Shown: positions 35,801 through 49,850 of the stretch, piece after piece
Layout: the number at the start of each line of letters is the position of its first letter
Numbering within the stretch: position 1 is the stretch's first letter
Assembly (NCBI RefSeq): GCF_018977255.1
Contig: NW_024705267.1
Span: forward strand, 1-57,712
Length of the DNA: 57,712 nt
Reading direction: 5' to 3'
DNA from: Callorhinchus milii
Lineage: Eukaryota
Notes under the pieces: model-generated
The model's database searches: none
Seen by the model: only the letters and a program-made list of their open reading frames with translations
What the model was told of the DNA's origin: nothing
Translations under genes and position numbers: made by a program

Positions 35801-38800
35801 AGGGCTCAAAAGGATACGTTCTTACAACCTTCCCGTCTTAGGTTCGTGCTCGCATCTTTTGCACGTGCCCCTATCTAATTCGAAACGACTGGCAGTAGGG
35901 CGGCCGCGGACATGTCATTTGGTACTCCCTGTTCCAGCAGTACCCGGGTCACGTCATGTCGAACGGGTAGCATACCCACGAATTGGGTCTGCAAGCTAGT
36001 GCCAGCTCGGCTACAGCACCATCTAGATAACTGCTAAAACATAAGGGCGTTTAGGCGGATATCACTTGCTACTAAAGTTTAAAATCCCAGGTTTATATGA
36101 TGAATCGTCGAAATAGTCGCCGGCGCTCATCCCATTATACCGGGCAAGGCTGCATAGGATACGCCGCATGCTTGAATTTACATCCGGGTGAGCGCGTGAG
36201 CCTCCCTACCCTGCAACACCGTGAGAGCGACCACGCTGTCCAGCCCAGTTATAAGTTACAAGGTCGGCGCTGGATCGCAGTGGGAACAAATAATTAATTG
36301 ATCTCCTGTATGCTACCCGCAAACTCACCCCACAAACCATACCACCAGTATCGCTGTCATGGCCTGGTGACCATAACCGCTTGAAGTAGACCAGCAGCAC
36401 AGAATACTCTCCTGTTTTTACGACATGCTCAAAGCAGGGGATACTGGCCACGGTATCAGATTAACATTTAGAGCGCGTTCCTAGTCCCTAGGCGCTTATT
36501 AGAGGATTGAGACGCCCCTTTTCCAAGGTAGTATACACCTAAATCCTCGTACCGTCCTTTAAAGAGCGACGATCGGCGAGAGAGGTTTGGCACCAGGTAA
36601 TATGGGCGTGCTACGGGCGAGAAGTCTCTGTGCCCAAATTTAGTCATTTAGGGTAACCAAGTCATCTATCACTGTCCCCGCGCAAATTTAACGGACAAAC
36701 AGCACCCTTCCCAAGGGACATAAATAGCTAACTCCAGAAGCTTATATCTCCAGGTGCTGACAGAAGAAGTGACATTGCAGGATGTTTACTCGGAATCCAC
36801 TTACCGACCAGCTTGTACCCTGCGAGCGTTTTTTTACTCCATCCTCTCTTGGTCCATGGATCGTAAGATAGTTCACTGCTTCGATTGAAATCGATTTGTT
36901 CGCTTAAACGATCCATGCAAACTACAACGGCCTTGCATGTCGAGTATCCATAACCCCCCTATTAACCGCCATAGTGAAGTCTTAAATCTTGCAATAGTTT
37001 CGGCGGACGGAAACCGGGCCAATGATAACTAGTACAGGACCGGCCAGATCTAATCAGGTAGGGGCGAGCCATTCAAAACAAGTTCAGTGTGGGACTGGCA
37101 TCCTGGTATTCGCTTCGCCCGAGGGCTACTAAGACATAATGTTCAATAGAGCTTAGTAAAGGAAAAAAACGCCTTCAGCAAAATAGCGGCTATCTATTGG
37201 CATCGTCCTAGCGCAAGCAATTATTGGGCTTTTCACCAATCAAGTCGACAACACGGCGATAAAGACAGATGTCATAGTGGGTTAGGGGACTCTCGCCTGA
37301 ACTAGCTGGCCGTCCTTGCCGTATAAGTAGAGTCAAGAGCTTAGTTGCCTCTTCGCCAGTTAATACTCACCCGACATTGCACTCGACGGATCGGCTACAG
37401 ACTAGAGAAAAGGTGTGTTCTAAAACAAGAGGCTCCACCGCAACTCTAAGAAGCTTTCTGAACACAGTAGCTTTTGACACTAGTCACTATTAGCTTGAGT
37501 TTCCTTTAAGGGCCGGTCGCTGATCCCGTCAAAGAGCCTGGGTTGGCCATTGGGGAAATTCCCATCAAAAAACGCGAAAAAGGTTCAAGTTCGGGAAGTG
37601 CAGAACGATCGGACAAGTTAGTCAGCGGCCTAGTGCGCAGCCGGCACACAGCCTCGAAACGATGCGTAATTGATGTAGGCACCTCGAAGAGTAAGAGGGC
37701 AGGCGTAACCCAGCGGAGTGTTTAAGTTTCCCCCATTTTCTTGCGCAAGGTGCCCCATCGTTCGGATTAGTTTGCGCGTTCACAGCTAAAACGGAAAAAA
37801 GACAGCATGTTCATACGACAACGGCACTCTTAAGTAACGATGTGTTATGATATCTTATTTATGTAGCTGTTAAAAGAACATATAATATCCAGGGTCAGAG
37901 GTTTCATTCGCAATATGTGCCTATCTATAACCTATAGCAAGGTATGGCGGTGTGGTCGTCATGTTGGTGCTGTGTTCGTAGGCGGGCATTTAGGTACATA
38001 ATGGAGTTCGAACGGCCTAATAGACTAACCGAGTAATACCCACGGCCCCTCACCTAGAAGTCGTATCGGGGTGGCCAGTTGCGTGCGTGGAGGCTAGCAA
38101 TTCCTATTAAGTGCGTGGATGGATTGTTGAGTGTGTAGCAATGCCCGAGCGACGAGCTTTCCTTACGTCGGAAGCATACCGGCACGCGATCAGAAGGTTC
38201 TTCTACCAGTTAGGTACGGACCAGGTGCGCTGAGACTAATAACACCGTCGCTATGGGCGCCATCGATTAACGCTTCGTTGTTAACTGTATATCTGGCTCG
38301 TAGAAGCAACACCCATCGTCAAGCCGTGATGCATGCCGGAGGAGTCCTTTCCGTTCTAAGATTTTGATCGTCTCCACAAGCATAGTCTTATAAGTTTAAT
38401 GAGTCGATCTCTCCGTCCATATGCACTTTGATAATTGAATCGTGGGGGTAAATGCGTAGCAACATTCTTTATAATTCTCAGAGACGATTGATCTTTGTGA
38501 AAGGACGAGCACGTTGGAAACTCTGGTTGTGTCCTCCGTGAGTAGGTTAAAGACTCCGACTCAGTGTTAGTCATAAATTTCCCCCAGGAGGGCCAATGAG
38601 ACCAAGGGAACCGATGCACGTTCGCCATTCCAAGAAATTATGATCGCCCGCTAGGACTGGGGCAGATCATTCCGGACTACCTCTACCCGTTTCCGAGGCG
38701 GATTTCCACCGAGTTGCAGTCGTGGGCTATTACTCATCACTTTTCACTGAATGCCAAGGATGTAAGCGCGCAATAACCTAACATTATAAACGCATGACTC

Positions 38801-41800
38801 GCATTAGAGGAACCTACATAGCGAGTCTCGTCTCTCTTTTTTGTCATCTACCGGCCATTCGCCGCCCCCCGCTAATCTTGCTATTAACGGTTACATCCGG
38901 TGCAAGTAATCACAGTCTCTGCGGAGTCTACTGAAAATTACCAGTTCTGGATTTAACAGACCTCAGGTGGGCATATTTAGTAATACGTGTAAATGCTCCG
39001 CGGCGAATGTTCGAGGTGGTTGAATCCAACCCCCTGCGGTATAACATGACGCCTAGGGAGTGCCTATCGAAGGGTTCGCTAATGGGGGTATAGCGAAGCA
39101 TCGCGGTAAAGAGCACCTTCCCTAGCCAAGGCGGCATAGAAGCCCTAGTAGCGGTGGTGTATCTCTACATCCTTCCGGGTAGAAATAAAAACTCTATCTT
39201 CGATTCATCACGGTCCCAGCGTGCGGAGGGAGCAGTCGATAAATAAGGTGTTCTAGGGGCGACGCATAGCTACGGCATGGAAGTTGGATTAGATAGCCCA
39301 GAAAAGAATGTCTATCACCACTTATAGCCTGCCGCTTATGCGCATGTCGCATACCCCCCGAACGATTGCGATCGTAAATAAGAATCGGACAGGAGCCTAA
39401 CGAGGACTTTAGCAGTCCGGAACCCAGGCTGCTTCCACGACTATCGCCACGCCGTTTCCGCGATCGCAGAACAAATAAGTTTGGTAATTCGGCGAAGGGT
39501 ACCCTTTTCTAACCAACTCGAAGAAGGAATTTGGCTATAGAACGTGCATGAGACGGCTAAGAGTAGGGCCATTGTGTGATTGCGAAAATAACGGAGGCTC
39601 GAACGGGCTGCCTCTAACGGCCTTGGTCTTCTAACATCGCATCTAATTCATACAGTATTGCCAATACCACCGCGGACATCCGCGCTAACTTGAGACCGCC
39701 AAGGGCCCGCAATGCCGCTAATACATGGGTTGTCGGCCGTGGCCGTCACAACGGCGTTAAGCCAGTAGCGCACTCGGCTAAGGGCCATCACGGTTTATAT
39801 CATTACGACGGTCCATCCAAAAAACCACGATGTAGCTAATAAGAAATATATCCTGGGCCCGCACCTTGTTGTCGCGCAGTTGATTGGGAAGCATACGATG
39901 ATCCGGGGCTATGATTCCTAGTCTACTTCACCTTGGTATAGCCCCGTGCCTCGCTCCATCAGCATTTCTGCTGAGTACGGGTTGGCGTTCCGATTTTGCT
40001 TAACTCGTGATTTCCCGCGACTGCTTCTGTGCCTCCGTAGGCACTTGGTTAAATAACAGCGAAGGGACGGGGGGCTCATTACCGTCAACCTGATCTACCT
40101 CCAAAAACCCGACTGTCATCGATATCCTTAGGTTACGCCGAAACGGAACAGCGACTATAAATGGAAGGGATCTCGACGCCTCGTGTCACCTCGGTAGTTA
40201 CTATGAAGATCTTGGCTGATCATCTACCAGCAAGGCTAAGCAGCTATTAAGCCCAATCGAAATGGATTGGCCTCATCATTTGAACCAGGAGACAATGAAG
40301 TTCCCCGGCACTAAGCTAGCGGGTTGGGATCCAGCTCACCAACACACCCGGGGCGGACCCGGAGTACGGGGGTTGTGAAAATTGGGTATCCCTTAGGCAC
40401 AACTAAAGTTAAAGCCTGCTAAACGTCAATTTCGTAAGTGAATGTATTTATGGACTCCTAGATAGGTAGGACTCGTATATGCGACCACTAGCTTTTGGCA
40501 CGTTTTTAATAGGGTCGCGTTCCGTTCCTTGCCGAGAGAGACGCGAGTTCACTCAAGGAGTAGCTAGCCCGAACAAACTCAGAGGACAACATCGCTTAAA
40601 AGTCACAAGGATCTTCAACAACCGAGAAGGTTGCGTTGTTCCACTGGCGGCTGTAACGTCCCGGTCACGACAAAACGGGTAATTTTAACTATAACAACAG
40701 CACAGACAGCTGAACATGTGATAAGTTTACATAATGTCATCTTAGGCCGTCGAAAAAACCTGTGGATCCTCCGCTCCAACCAAGCGATGTCACAGAACAC
40801 AACAGAACCGTGGAGCAGATGCCATTCGTTCGTCGATGTGTTACAATGTTGCTGGTTCATATAAGGGCTTGCGTCCAAATTCCTCTACGTTAACCAGTTT
40901 CAAGGACTATAGGGGACGGGTTCACTGGGCTTATTGAGCTAGGCACTGGTGAGCAAAGCTCTGCGAGGTGCAACGCGCACTACTTAGAGAATGCCTTGAA
41001 GCCAGCGACAACCATCTATCGCGAAATCCGATCCCGTGTCCACTATGTCCGGAACGATGCGAGGCAGCGTTTCATTAATTTCAATGAAGGTTTCGTACTA
41101 CACAGCATACCCGTATGTGACATTGCCAAAGGCGTATCGGAAGTTGCCATGGGCTTATTCACGCTGAGTCGTTACCAGTCTATACATCTTTACGATCAGA
41201 ACAGCTTCTGTCGCCAAGCTCCTCATGATGTAGCACTACAAGTATCTTCTGTAATGGTCAGTAAGCCGAAAGAAGGACCGTAGACGTTTCCGTATGCCGT
41301 CATTGTTTATTTGGCCTGGTCGGTTTCGGTCACGTAGGTCACCCAAGTCACGACCCGGAATCAACATAAGAACATGGGCACCAATCTAGACACATTATTG
41401 GCTCTGGACGAGTGATTGCAATAAGGCGAGCTTGAAGAATATAATATATGCAATAGCGGCCAAGGTTGGCACCGCGACCAGCAGTCGAAAGTGGAGAACA
41501 ATGGGATAATTCTAGTCGAGATCTGAGGAGTTGGTAACTCAAGAATATCCCCACATAGCCGGGGAGGTTAGGTACAAGCGTTCTAAAAGTTCAAGAATTA
41601 TGAGGATCTGATACGGTATCGTTTAGAAGCCACCTCGCCGATCGCATATGCGCCAAGAGGGCCTCTAGGTCGAGTGCGTATCTGCATCTGATTCGTTTGT
41701 GGAGAACTGACGGCGCTTCCTCGGCGTTCAGCTGTCGTGCGCTAGCCGTTATGCTAGCCCAAGAAACGACATTAAGGGGAGGCGAACATAGATCTGAAGG

Positions 41801-42050
41801 GTGGGATATGATTATAAGGCGCCATATTAACGCTTCCGATAAATGGAACTTGCGGGTGCGGTACTTAGAATCGGAGTTATGTATAATACCGAGGAAGCCC
41901 CGGGAAACACTATTTTGTGTGATCAAATGACCGAGAGCGAAGAAGGTATGACCAATAAGTTACTTAATGGGGAAGACGTAACGTGACCCGTAATTTTGTT
42001 GATAAGCGGTCACGCCTCACTATCCACATTAGAAATATCAAGCTCTCCTG
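29821..42050. other. Featureless, random-looking block (probably non-native, shuffled or artefactual)
   Basis: No SINEs, microsatellites or exons seen; longest ORF 150 aa; frequent CpG and CTAG, unlike the flanks. Confidence 0.75.
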
Positions 42051-42081
42051 CTATACCTTATACATTTAATATAACACTATG

Positions 42082-42752
42082 TATTAAATGTATAAGGTAT
42101 AGGTTGGTTTACAGCAATACAGTATCTATGGCAGTATATAGTACGGTATATGCTCGTGTGATGTAAGAGAATAAAGTTTAGATGGAAGCATATTATATAA
42201 TTTTTACGACGTAGAATTGTAATGTATTACTTGCTGTTAGTAACTCAGCTTATTGTAGAGTATAGTAAGTATACTGATGGTGCTATGCAGTTTATACTTT
42301 AGTTTTTTATGTAGTTTATACTTTAGTTTTCTACGTGGTTGTTGAGTAACTGCAGCTACAATCATTAACATTCCTTTCCTTTGTTACTGCTACTCCCTGC
42401 ACCCCCCTTGGTGCTGCTGATCCTGCATAATGCATGGGCATAATATGACTTTGAAACCCCCCCGCCCACCTCCTACGCATTTCCATGAATATGCTAAATT
42501 CCTCTTCATATGCACATTCTTTTTGTTAAGGCGCTCTTCCACCTCCAACGCAGTTTATATATAAGCTCCTAGCTTGGTAGTGTCTCATTCTTCACCTGAA
42601 GACGGCTGCTTGCGTTGTAGCCGAAACGTCGTGAGAATTATTTTATTTTATTATGTTTTATTTTTATTATTTTATTACTTCCCTTCTACGTGACTTTACC
42701 GAAAGAACAAGAAGATGAATCCCTGCAGTCACGAAAGCTTTAAATCGAAATT
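42082..42752 (+). mobile_element. Penelope-like pLTR / 3' fragment
   Basis: Homologous to 20930-21310, including the hammerhead core and terminal tail. Confidence 0.75.
42593..42633 (+). ncRNA. Minimal type I hammerhead ribozyme
   Basis: CAC-CUGAAGA-C-GGCUGC..GUAGCC-GAAA-C-GUC-GUG. Confidence 0.72.
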
Positions 42753-45019
42753 CAACATAATCAACTTTACTTGTTTTCAATCAGCAATGGTTATTTGGAT
42801 AAAGGGATAGGTGTTTTTTAATTTGAAATTACACAATATGCCTGAAATACCAATATTTACCAGTTCACATTGGTAATATTTATTAGATGACCATCAGCAT
42901 CCCTGTGTTGCCGCTTGGCATAAATCATAGGTTAATTTTTAGTTGCTAAATGACAGTAAAGCCGCCACACTGCCCGTAGTCTGATTACTAACTCCATGGA
43001 GTAATGGACTATCCATGTTATTTAACAAATATAACCACTTTATATTGGCAAAATAATTTCCGAAAACACTTTCTTTATATTCTGCATATGAAGCATTAAC
43101 AAGCATGCTTGGTAACAAAAATATTATTTGGAATTGGCAGCACAGCCTTTGTTAATACAACAGAAAAACGAGAAAAATGACCCTGTGTCAAGAATGCTCC
43201 CTTATGAAGAACTACAGTAGATCATTGATAATATCTGGCGTGCGATTATTGGCTTCCAACATTATTTGGCGATCCCGGGCTGATCCGGCAATACTGCTCC
43301 TACCAAGGCAGTAACCAATCCGGCGTTTTTGGAAATTGGGCACCCCTCCCCCGCCGAATAATCGACGATCGACCGCATGATGTGAACGAGGCCTTCATGG
43401 CACCAACACTCCAATACAGCAAGAGTCCCTGTGACACTTTCCCTTTGTCTCCCTCCCTCCCTCCTGCAGCAACAGCCCCAGGACGCGTCGTTGAAAATCA
43501 ACGGCGTGGCAATGGTCCTGAGGCCGACCCCCGTGCAGCGCGTGGGCACAGCCTTTCTCAGGTGACCGTGAGGACGATGACGTCGTCGGTTTTTAATTCA
43601 GAGCCGGAGTCCACGTGCCCGACAGCGGTTTTGCCACTGGCGTCGACGCTGTCGTTTTCGTTCATGTCCGTGGTGCAGAAACTACCCTGGGAGGCAAGCG
43701 ACCCGCCCAGCCGTCAGGAAGCGAAGGAGCTGAAGAGAGATGTCTCCTTCGCTCGGCGTGCGGCCACCGAGGCCCTTCGGCTCTCGGGACATAGCCGTGG
43801 CGATGAAGACTGCGACCAAGGCGGCGACGGCTTCCACAAACGTGTGAGTGCTGCCACGCGCGAAGCGCCGGGGCGTTCAGTTGGAAGTGGCGTGCACGAC
43901 GCACGTCTAAGAGCGACGGATCTCGTCAGATCAGATTTTTTCAGGGATGCCTCTCACATGTCCCCCTTCGTTCTACAATGCTAGTAACAGAATCGCCGCT
44001 GTTTGGCCGTGCTTAGGGATGGCAAGTTGGCACCGCACGTAGTATCCTTGCCCATATTCACTCTCTACTGAGTGAAAGTCTCTCCATGCCATGTGGGTTG
44101 TGAAGGTTACTTGACCTTACTTCACCTCACTGGTTATTACGGGTTGTTTAAGGGAGGGAGCATAGCAATGGATGTTGCTACCCTGCCTTCTGGGCGGGTT
44201 GGAAGGGGGGCTAGACCTGCTAAAAGCCCAGACATCTCTCTGCATTGAACTTAGTGCACTACGCCGTGAACCCGTGCTAACCACTACGCCCCCTCTCTGC
44301 AAACCAGGAGGTGTAGCGTCAGCTCCTGCTCCGTGTTGCGTGGCTTTGGTGAGTAATTGTATTGTTGTATTGTGTACTGGGAGTAAATCCCTGCACGTTC
44401 ACACGGTGGCCTGAAGGGGGTGTTCTGTGCCTTGGCATTGCAGGTGGGATCCACTGAAGAGAATGGGCCGGGTCAAACAATGACCCGTCCGTGGATTCAC
44501 TCGAAGAGGCCTGAAGCAGTGGGACACGGATGCATATGCACACACACACACACCGCACACACACCACGCACACACACCACGCACACACCCGCACACACCC
44601 ACGCACACACCCACGCGCACACACACACCCACGCACACACACCCACGCACACTCCCATGCACACACACGGTCATACATACGCACACATACACATACTCAC
44701 ACATACACGCACGCATACACATACTACGCACATACATGTAAATTTGTTCTTAACTTTGTAACTGTGCAATACAAATGGAACTACTGTATATAAATATGTA
44801 TCAACTACTTTAATAACTTTTAATAAAGCCCCAGGGGTTAAAATAAGCACTTGTATGGCATCAATAACTGTACAAACAAAGAAACTCTGCTTGGCCATTG
44901 AAGATACGAATCGTCAAGATCTCGGGCATCAACGCGAACGTCAACAACACAAACATCGATGACTTCAATGCCATCGACGCGACTGGTGTAGATGGTCCCC
45001 CGTAGGGCGTGTTCGCTAT

Positions 45020-45245
45020 GGACTCAGGTTCCAGTGTCAGCACGTGTCCCAGCCACCCGAGTCTTCTCTCTGTTGTGTCCCGTGTTATGCATCTTGAATT
45101 TGTCTCGATGTACAGGTCCCGGTTTGAAACCTTGTTCGGCCAGAAGATGCGATATCTTTTTTCAGACAGTTGTTGTGGAAGGTTGATAGGGGGTTCATCA
45201 TGCCTCTATCTTGGTGGTTCTCCAACTTGCACTATTGTATAGCAA
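45020..45245 (-). mobile_element. RTE-like LINE 3' fragment
   Basis: RIFWPNKVSNRDLY..RRLGWLGHV motif. Confidence 0.6.
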
Positions 45246-48200
45246 CATTGATTTCTACATTGCTGTTAAAGATTCGTATCTTTGTTGCAGATATCTATAC
45301 ACGTATAAATTATCTGAATTAATGATAGACGTGACTTAGGGAGGTTCACATCACGCAATAAAAAAAAACCCTTGGAATTAAATTGAGATGCCGAAAGAGA
45401 AACGCGTGGGTTGGGGAACATCTGCAGGTCACGAGCGTCAGCCGGACTGTCCGAGAGGGCGAGTGGGTCGGGGCAGCAGCGAAGCCGTCAGCGGCACGGC
45501 GGAGACCCACGACGGACGAGGGAGCATGAGGAGTTCCCGTGCAGGAGCCAGACGCAGGGCCGCATCGCTTGAACAACCGTGCGAGATGATGGCGGCTCTT
45601 GGCTTCGTTTTGTTTCGACGTTTTTGCTGGGTAATGAGCAGCACTACGCCCGCCATTAGAACGAGCCGTGCCAGGCAGGCCGAGGATTGTGCGGGCTGTG
45701 TGCTGGATACACATTGCCCTATGGGGCTAGTCTCCGTATGTTATTGTTCAGCACACGTATGTGTTGGTTATGTTTGCTGGCTTAGGCTTTTGTTTCCGTG
45801 CGATCAGTTTCTTCATTATCTACCGATATGAATTGTAATTTGTAATCTAGGCAGTCCCTGACTTACAAACACAATTAGTTCCAGAGCAAACCCAGATGTG
45901 CGAGAAGGCAACACTTAGTGCTATTTTTTGCCATCCCGACTTCTAGCGAGCCAGGATACGGCTTCACTTCTCGACGCCCACGCGCAGGAAGTTGTAACAG
46001 ACGGATGTTAGTCCACATTGCTGCACCGCCTTCTCCAGGCGAGCCTGGGTACAGCCCCCCCCCACCGCCTCGACGCGCAGGAACGGCAATGGAGTTGCAC
46101 GCCATCCGCGTGTGGTCCACCAACCCACGGCGGAGTCCGCAGCGCGGGTCACAGGCAGCCCCCGACGAGGCAGCCGCCACCGCCACCGCGGCTCCACTCC
46201 GCATCCTCGGCAGAGGACAGCCTCTCCCCTTCCGTTCACGGGGTTCTCGGTTTGTTGAACAAGATCAAGTCAAGCGGTAAACCATTTGAAAAATAGGTTA
46301 CCGGTTTCGATAAGTCAAGAAGCGGTAACCGTTACCGGTGGGAATGTTTGTGATGAACGTACCGGCTGGCGCCCGCCACGAACAAACCGCACGGCGGTAT
46401 AGGTCACCGTTAGGGTCAAGGCGACGTCCTGAATTTGTCATTGAACGTGGAGGCCATGCCCGCCTCAAGAGGGAGGCGTGGGGATATTGTTGGCCTTTTG
46501 AAGAGGCGCGAGTGCTGACACCGCCACACGTCACGTACCGATCGTTGATTCTACTGCGGTGAACCCATGCCCACTGCTGCTGGGGACAGAGGCGGTGATG
46601 GTGGGGGATTTACAGACACGTGACATGGACGTTTCAGCACGTATGAAGCGAAGCTGCGGGGCGCCATCTGATTTTAGGTTCGGCCACTCACGCGCCAGTG
46701 ACACCGGGTCCCTGAACGCAGCACAGGAACACCCGCGCCCCTCATCACGGCTCACACAGGTACACAGAGCACGGTTCACACAGGTACAGGTGCACAGGTA
46801 CACAGGTACACAGGTGCGCACGAGCACAAGGAACCCCTGTCACCCCTGCAACAGAGAGGCCGTTTTCATTAACACACGACGCCCTGGAAGCCGACGGCGG
46901 AAGATATCCGCGGAAGCCCCGCGCGTTACCACCTTGGTCCATGGAGGGTTTAAATGTAAAGCGTCTTCCAGCTCAAATGAGCAAATAGGGTGGGCGCTCG
47001 TGACCGTTTGTGGTCCTGAACCAGTGATGGAAATTCCACATTGCCATGCTGGGTGCCAGTCCAGCCATATGACCAAAACACGCAGATTTTGGAAGCTCTG
47101 CATATTCGCAGGGCTCATTTCAAATTAACGAAAAACTATTTACAGGATGGCTACACTGAGGTCATGTGAATTGTGAAAAGCTCGCTGGCAGGTGGTCATG
47201 GGACAGGGCCAGCTGTTAACCGAGATGACTGGCTGATACCAGTTTGTATGGTGACTGAAGGTGAATTGTGTTGCAATTTCTTTTTTTATTGGCGATTTAA
47301 ATATCTCGGTTATGCTAAAGTCCGAGCCATCTCACTTGGTACCAAAACAAGAAAAATAATTGGCTTGGGCCCCATAGTGGGTACACCCATCTCTGCCACC
47401 CACATCCCAGCATCGGTTAAATCACCCAATGCTCTAGTGCTGAACGAGACAAAAATAACTCTTAAAAAATAATGCGATGTTAGCAAGGCGTGCGTTTCAC
47501 GTTGTGGTCGTGTTTTGTTAGTAAGGCATTCATTTCACGTTGGTGGTGTTCGTGTGTTGTGTTAGTAGGGTGATTGTTTCACTCTCCCAAGACATCAAAT
47601 ACCGAGAGCAAATGCCCTCTGGTGGAGGTTCATCTGCCAGCAGTCGCCTGACCAGCAATGCAGGGCTGCACCACTACCTTTCACAACGCAAACTCGGGTC
47701 ATGCAGAATTTTAGCACACCAAAACACGCGTATGTGGACACACCTTTTATTTTTTATGACTGACAAACATTGTCCTGTTCCAGCACACACGAAGCCAAGC
47801 CCAAACTCCAAGTCCATGACAGATAAACTTCCGTGCGAGCGCTCATTTAATAACGTCTGAGCAAAACCAATCTTGGTCCAAACGTAACATGGTGTGGATT
47901 TATTATGGTGTGGATTAGCCTCTGCGTTGGCGAGTGATACACGCACATATGCATGCGCACACACGAACACTAAACACTCCATTATATTACACTATACACT
48001 AAACATGTGTGCATGCATATCGTGTGAACATTAACTTTCACTTATATTGTGGAGCATCAATTGACATTTAACCTCTTAAAAACGGCCAAATTGCAATGGT
48101 GTAGCGCTCAAGCATTTTCGGTTTGTACCACATTGCGTTCGATTGGCACATGTCCAACGTTCCGTGCCACGTCCTGGCGCAAGTTAAACACTCGATTGAA

Positions 48201-48828
48201 TGTTCAGTTCCCACAAGCTACCGGCGCGTGGAGCAAAACGTCAGACGTCGCGTGCAACGACCCAGAAAACACATCGAGAGCTGCGCAGCACAACCACGAA
48301 GACCTCCGCAGTAGTCATAGTTTGGAGTTTAATTGAGGTTGCTGGGGGGGAAAAAAATGAAGCTACAACCGTGGGTCTTCTAAACAATTAAAAATGCTTA
48401 ACGGAAGATATGTGCGCGTGTCAGCATATAATGCCGCGCTAAATGTTAACCATTCGCGATTTAAAAACGGTCTTATGGAGGGACAGTGCAGTTGCAGACA
48501 TTAACAAACAAACACCGCAAATGTTTTCAAAACGTCATTCCTGCGTCGTAACAAGCCAGGCTTTGTGCATTTTTATTCAAAGAAAATCAATTTGGTGTGA
48601 AAATTATTGATTTATTCCTACAAACCGTTGCCAGAATGAGTTTCCGCTTAAGATTTAGTTTTCGGGGAGGGGAGGGGAGGAGAGTTGGAGGTGTAGAGTC
48701 GGAGTGGCTGAGCCGGTCTTGGAGTAGAATCTGGGCAGACGTCGGCGTTGGGCTGTGACGACCGGAGTGTGTCTGGCTCGCGCGTGCACCGAGACCCCAC
48801 AGCAGCTACACGCGAACCCACGTGCGTC

Positions 48829-48862
48829 TTATTGCTGCTTCAGGGCCTTCTCCTTCTGCATG
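48829..48862 (-). CDS. MPC1: MPC1 terminal coding exon
   Basis: Pyrimidine tract plus ccgcag acceptor, phase-compatible NMQKEKALKQQ*; AATAAA candidates near 48575 and 48613 on minus. Confidence 0.7.
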
Positions 48863-49717
48863 CTGCGGGTCACACGCGAGGGGAGACACGAGACTTGATG
48901 CGAGAAAGACCCGAAGAGGACGAGGGAGACGGATGAGAGGCGGACAAGGAACGCACAGCCAAAAAAGGCACACGTGGAAGACGTGGAAGACGTAGAGGGA
49001 TGTACACAGACACAAGTGGGTCAAAGAAAACAAGGACTACGCAGACAAGCAGGAGACACGGAAAGAAAAGAGACTGTGGACATAGTTAAAGCGACTGGTT
49101 ATCTGCTAATCATGGTAGCTGACAATGATCCAAGTTGCTTAACTCCCCATGTCTGTCGACCAGCAGCATAAATGGGTATGGCACAGTTAGTGGATCTGCA
49201 AGTTGTGTGTGGTGGAGTAAGGTGTGGGGGCTCCCACCCCTTCCAGGCTGTCTAGAGGGGATCTCGAGCCCCCTCGAGTGAAAATCCTTTGCTTGCAGTA
49301 GCATTAGCAAGTAATTGCAGGGCTGCACCTTTACCTGTACCTACCTGGGTGCCTCAGTAGCGAGATGTTATCTGCCTCACCTGGTATGCAGGAGGGTGTG
49401 GATTCAATCCCAACTTGGATTGCCTGCATTTTTGGAGTTTGCGTGTTCTCCCCATGGTCGTGAGAGTTTTTTTAACCAGCTCCTCCGGTTATTCCCTCAA
49501 CATTTAGGAACATGCATTTATAGTATATGGCTGCTATAAATGCCACACGATAAGCCATTTCGTCGAACCATCATTTGTGATAACCGATCGCTTCTGAAAA
49601 AGAGCTATGTAGCTCAGTGGGCCTTAGCTGGTAAAATGAAAGCGAGTTTACCTACATGCCAAGCAACCAATCCGGTTACACGCGTAGCCGAGCTAGCCAA
49701 AGTGGGGAGTTACTCAC

Positions 49718-49850
49718 TTGTGTTGGATGAGGCGGCCACCCTGAATGAGCTGGCACGACTCGTTGGTTAAGTGGCAGGCGAAGAGCAGCCAGTTCCGCGG
49801 CTGCACCTTGTACGCGAAGCGCATGAACAGCAGCGAGTACAAGCACAGGG
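49718..49850 (-). CDS. MPC1: MPC1 exon
   Basis: [44 protein letters not shown], 133 bp. Confidence 0.95.

Noticed and set aside
29821-42050. Viral or prokaryotic gene cassette in the anomalous block
   Set aside because: No long ORFs on either strand and no recognisable motifs; ORF lengths look like chance.
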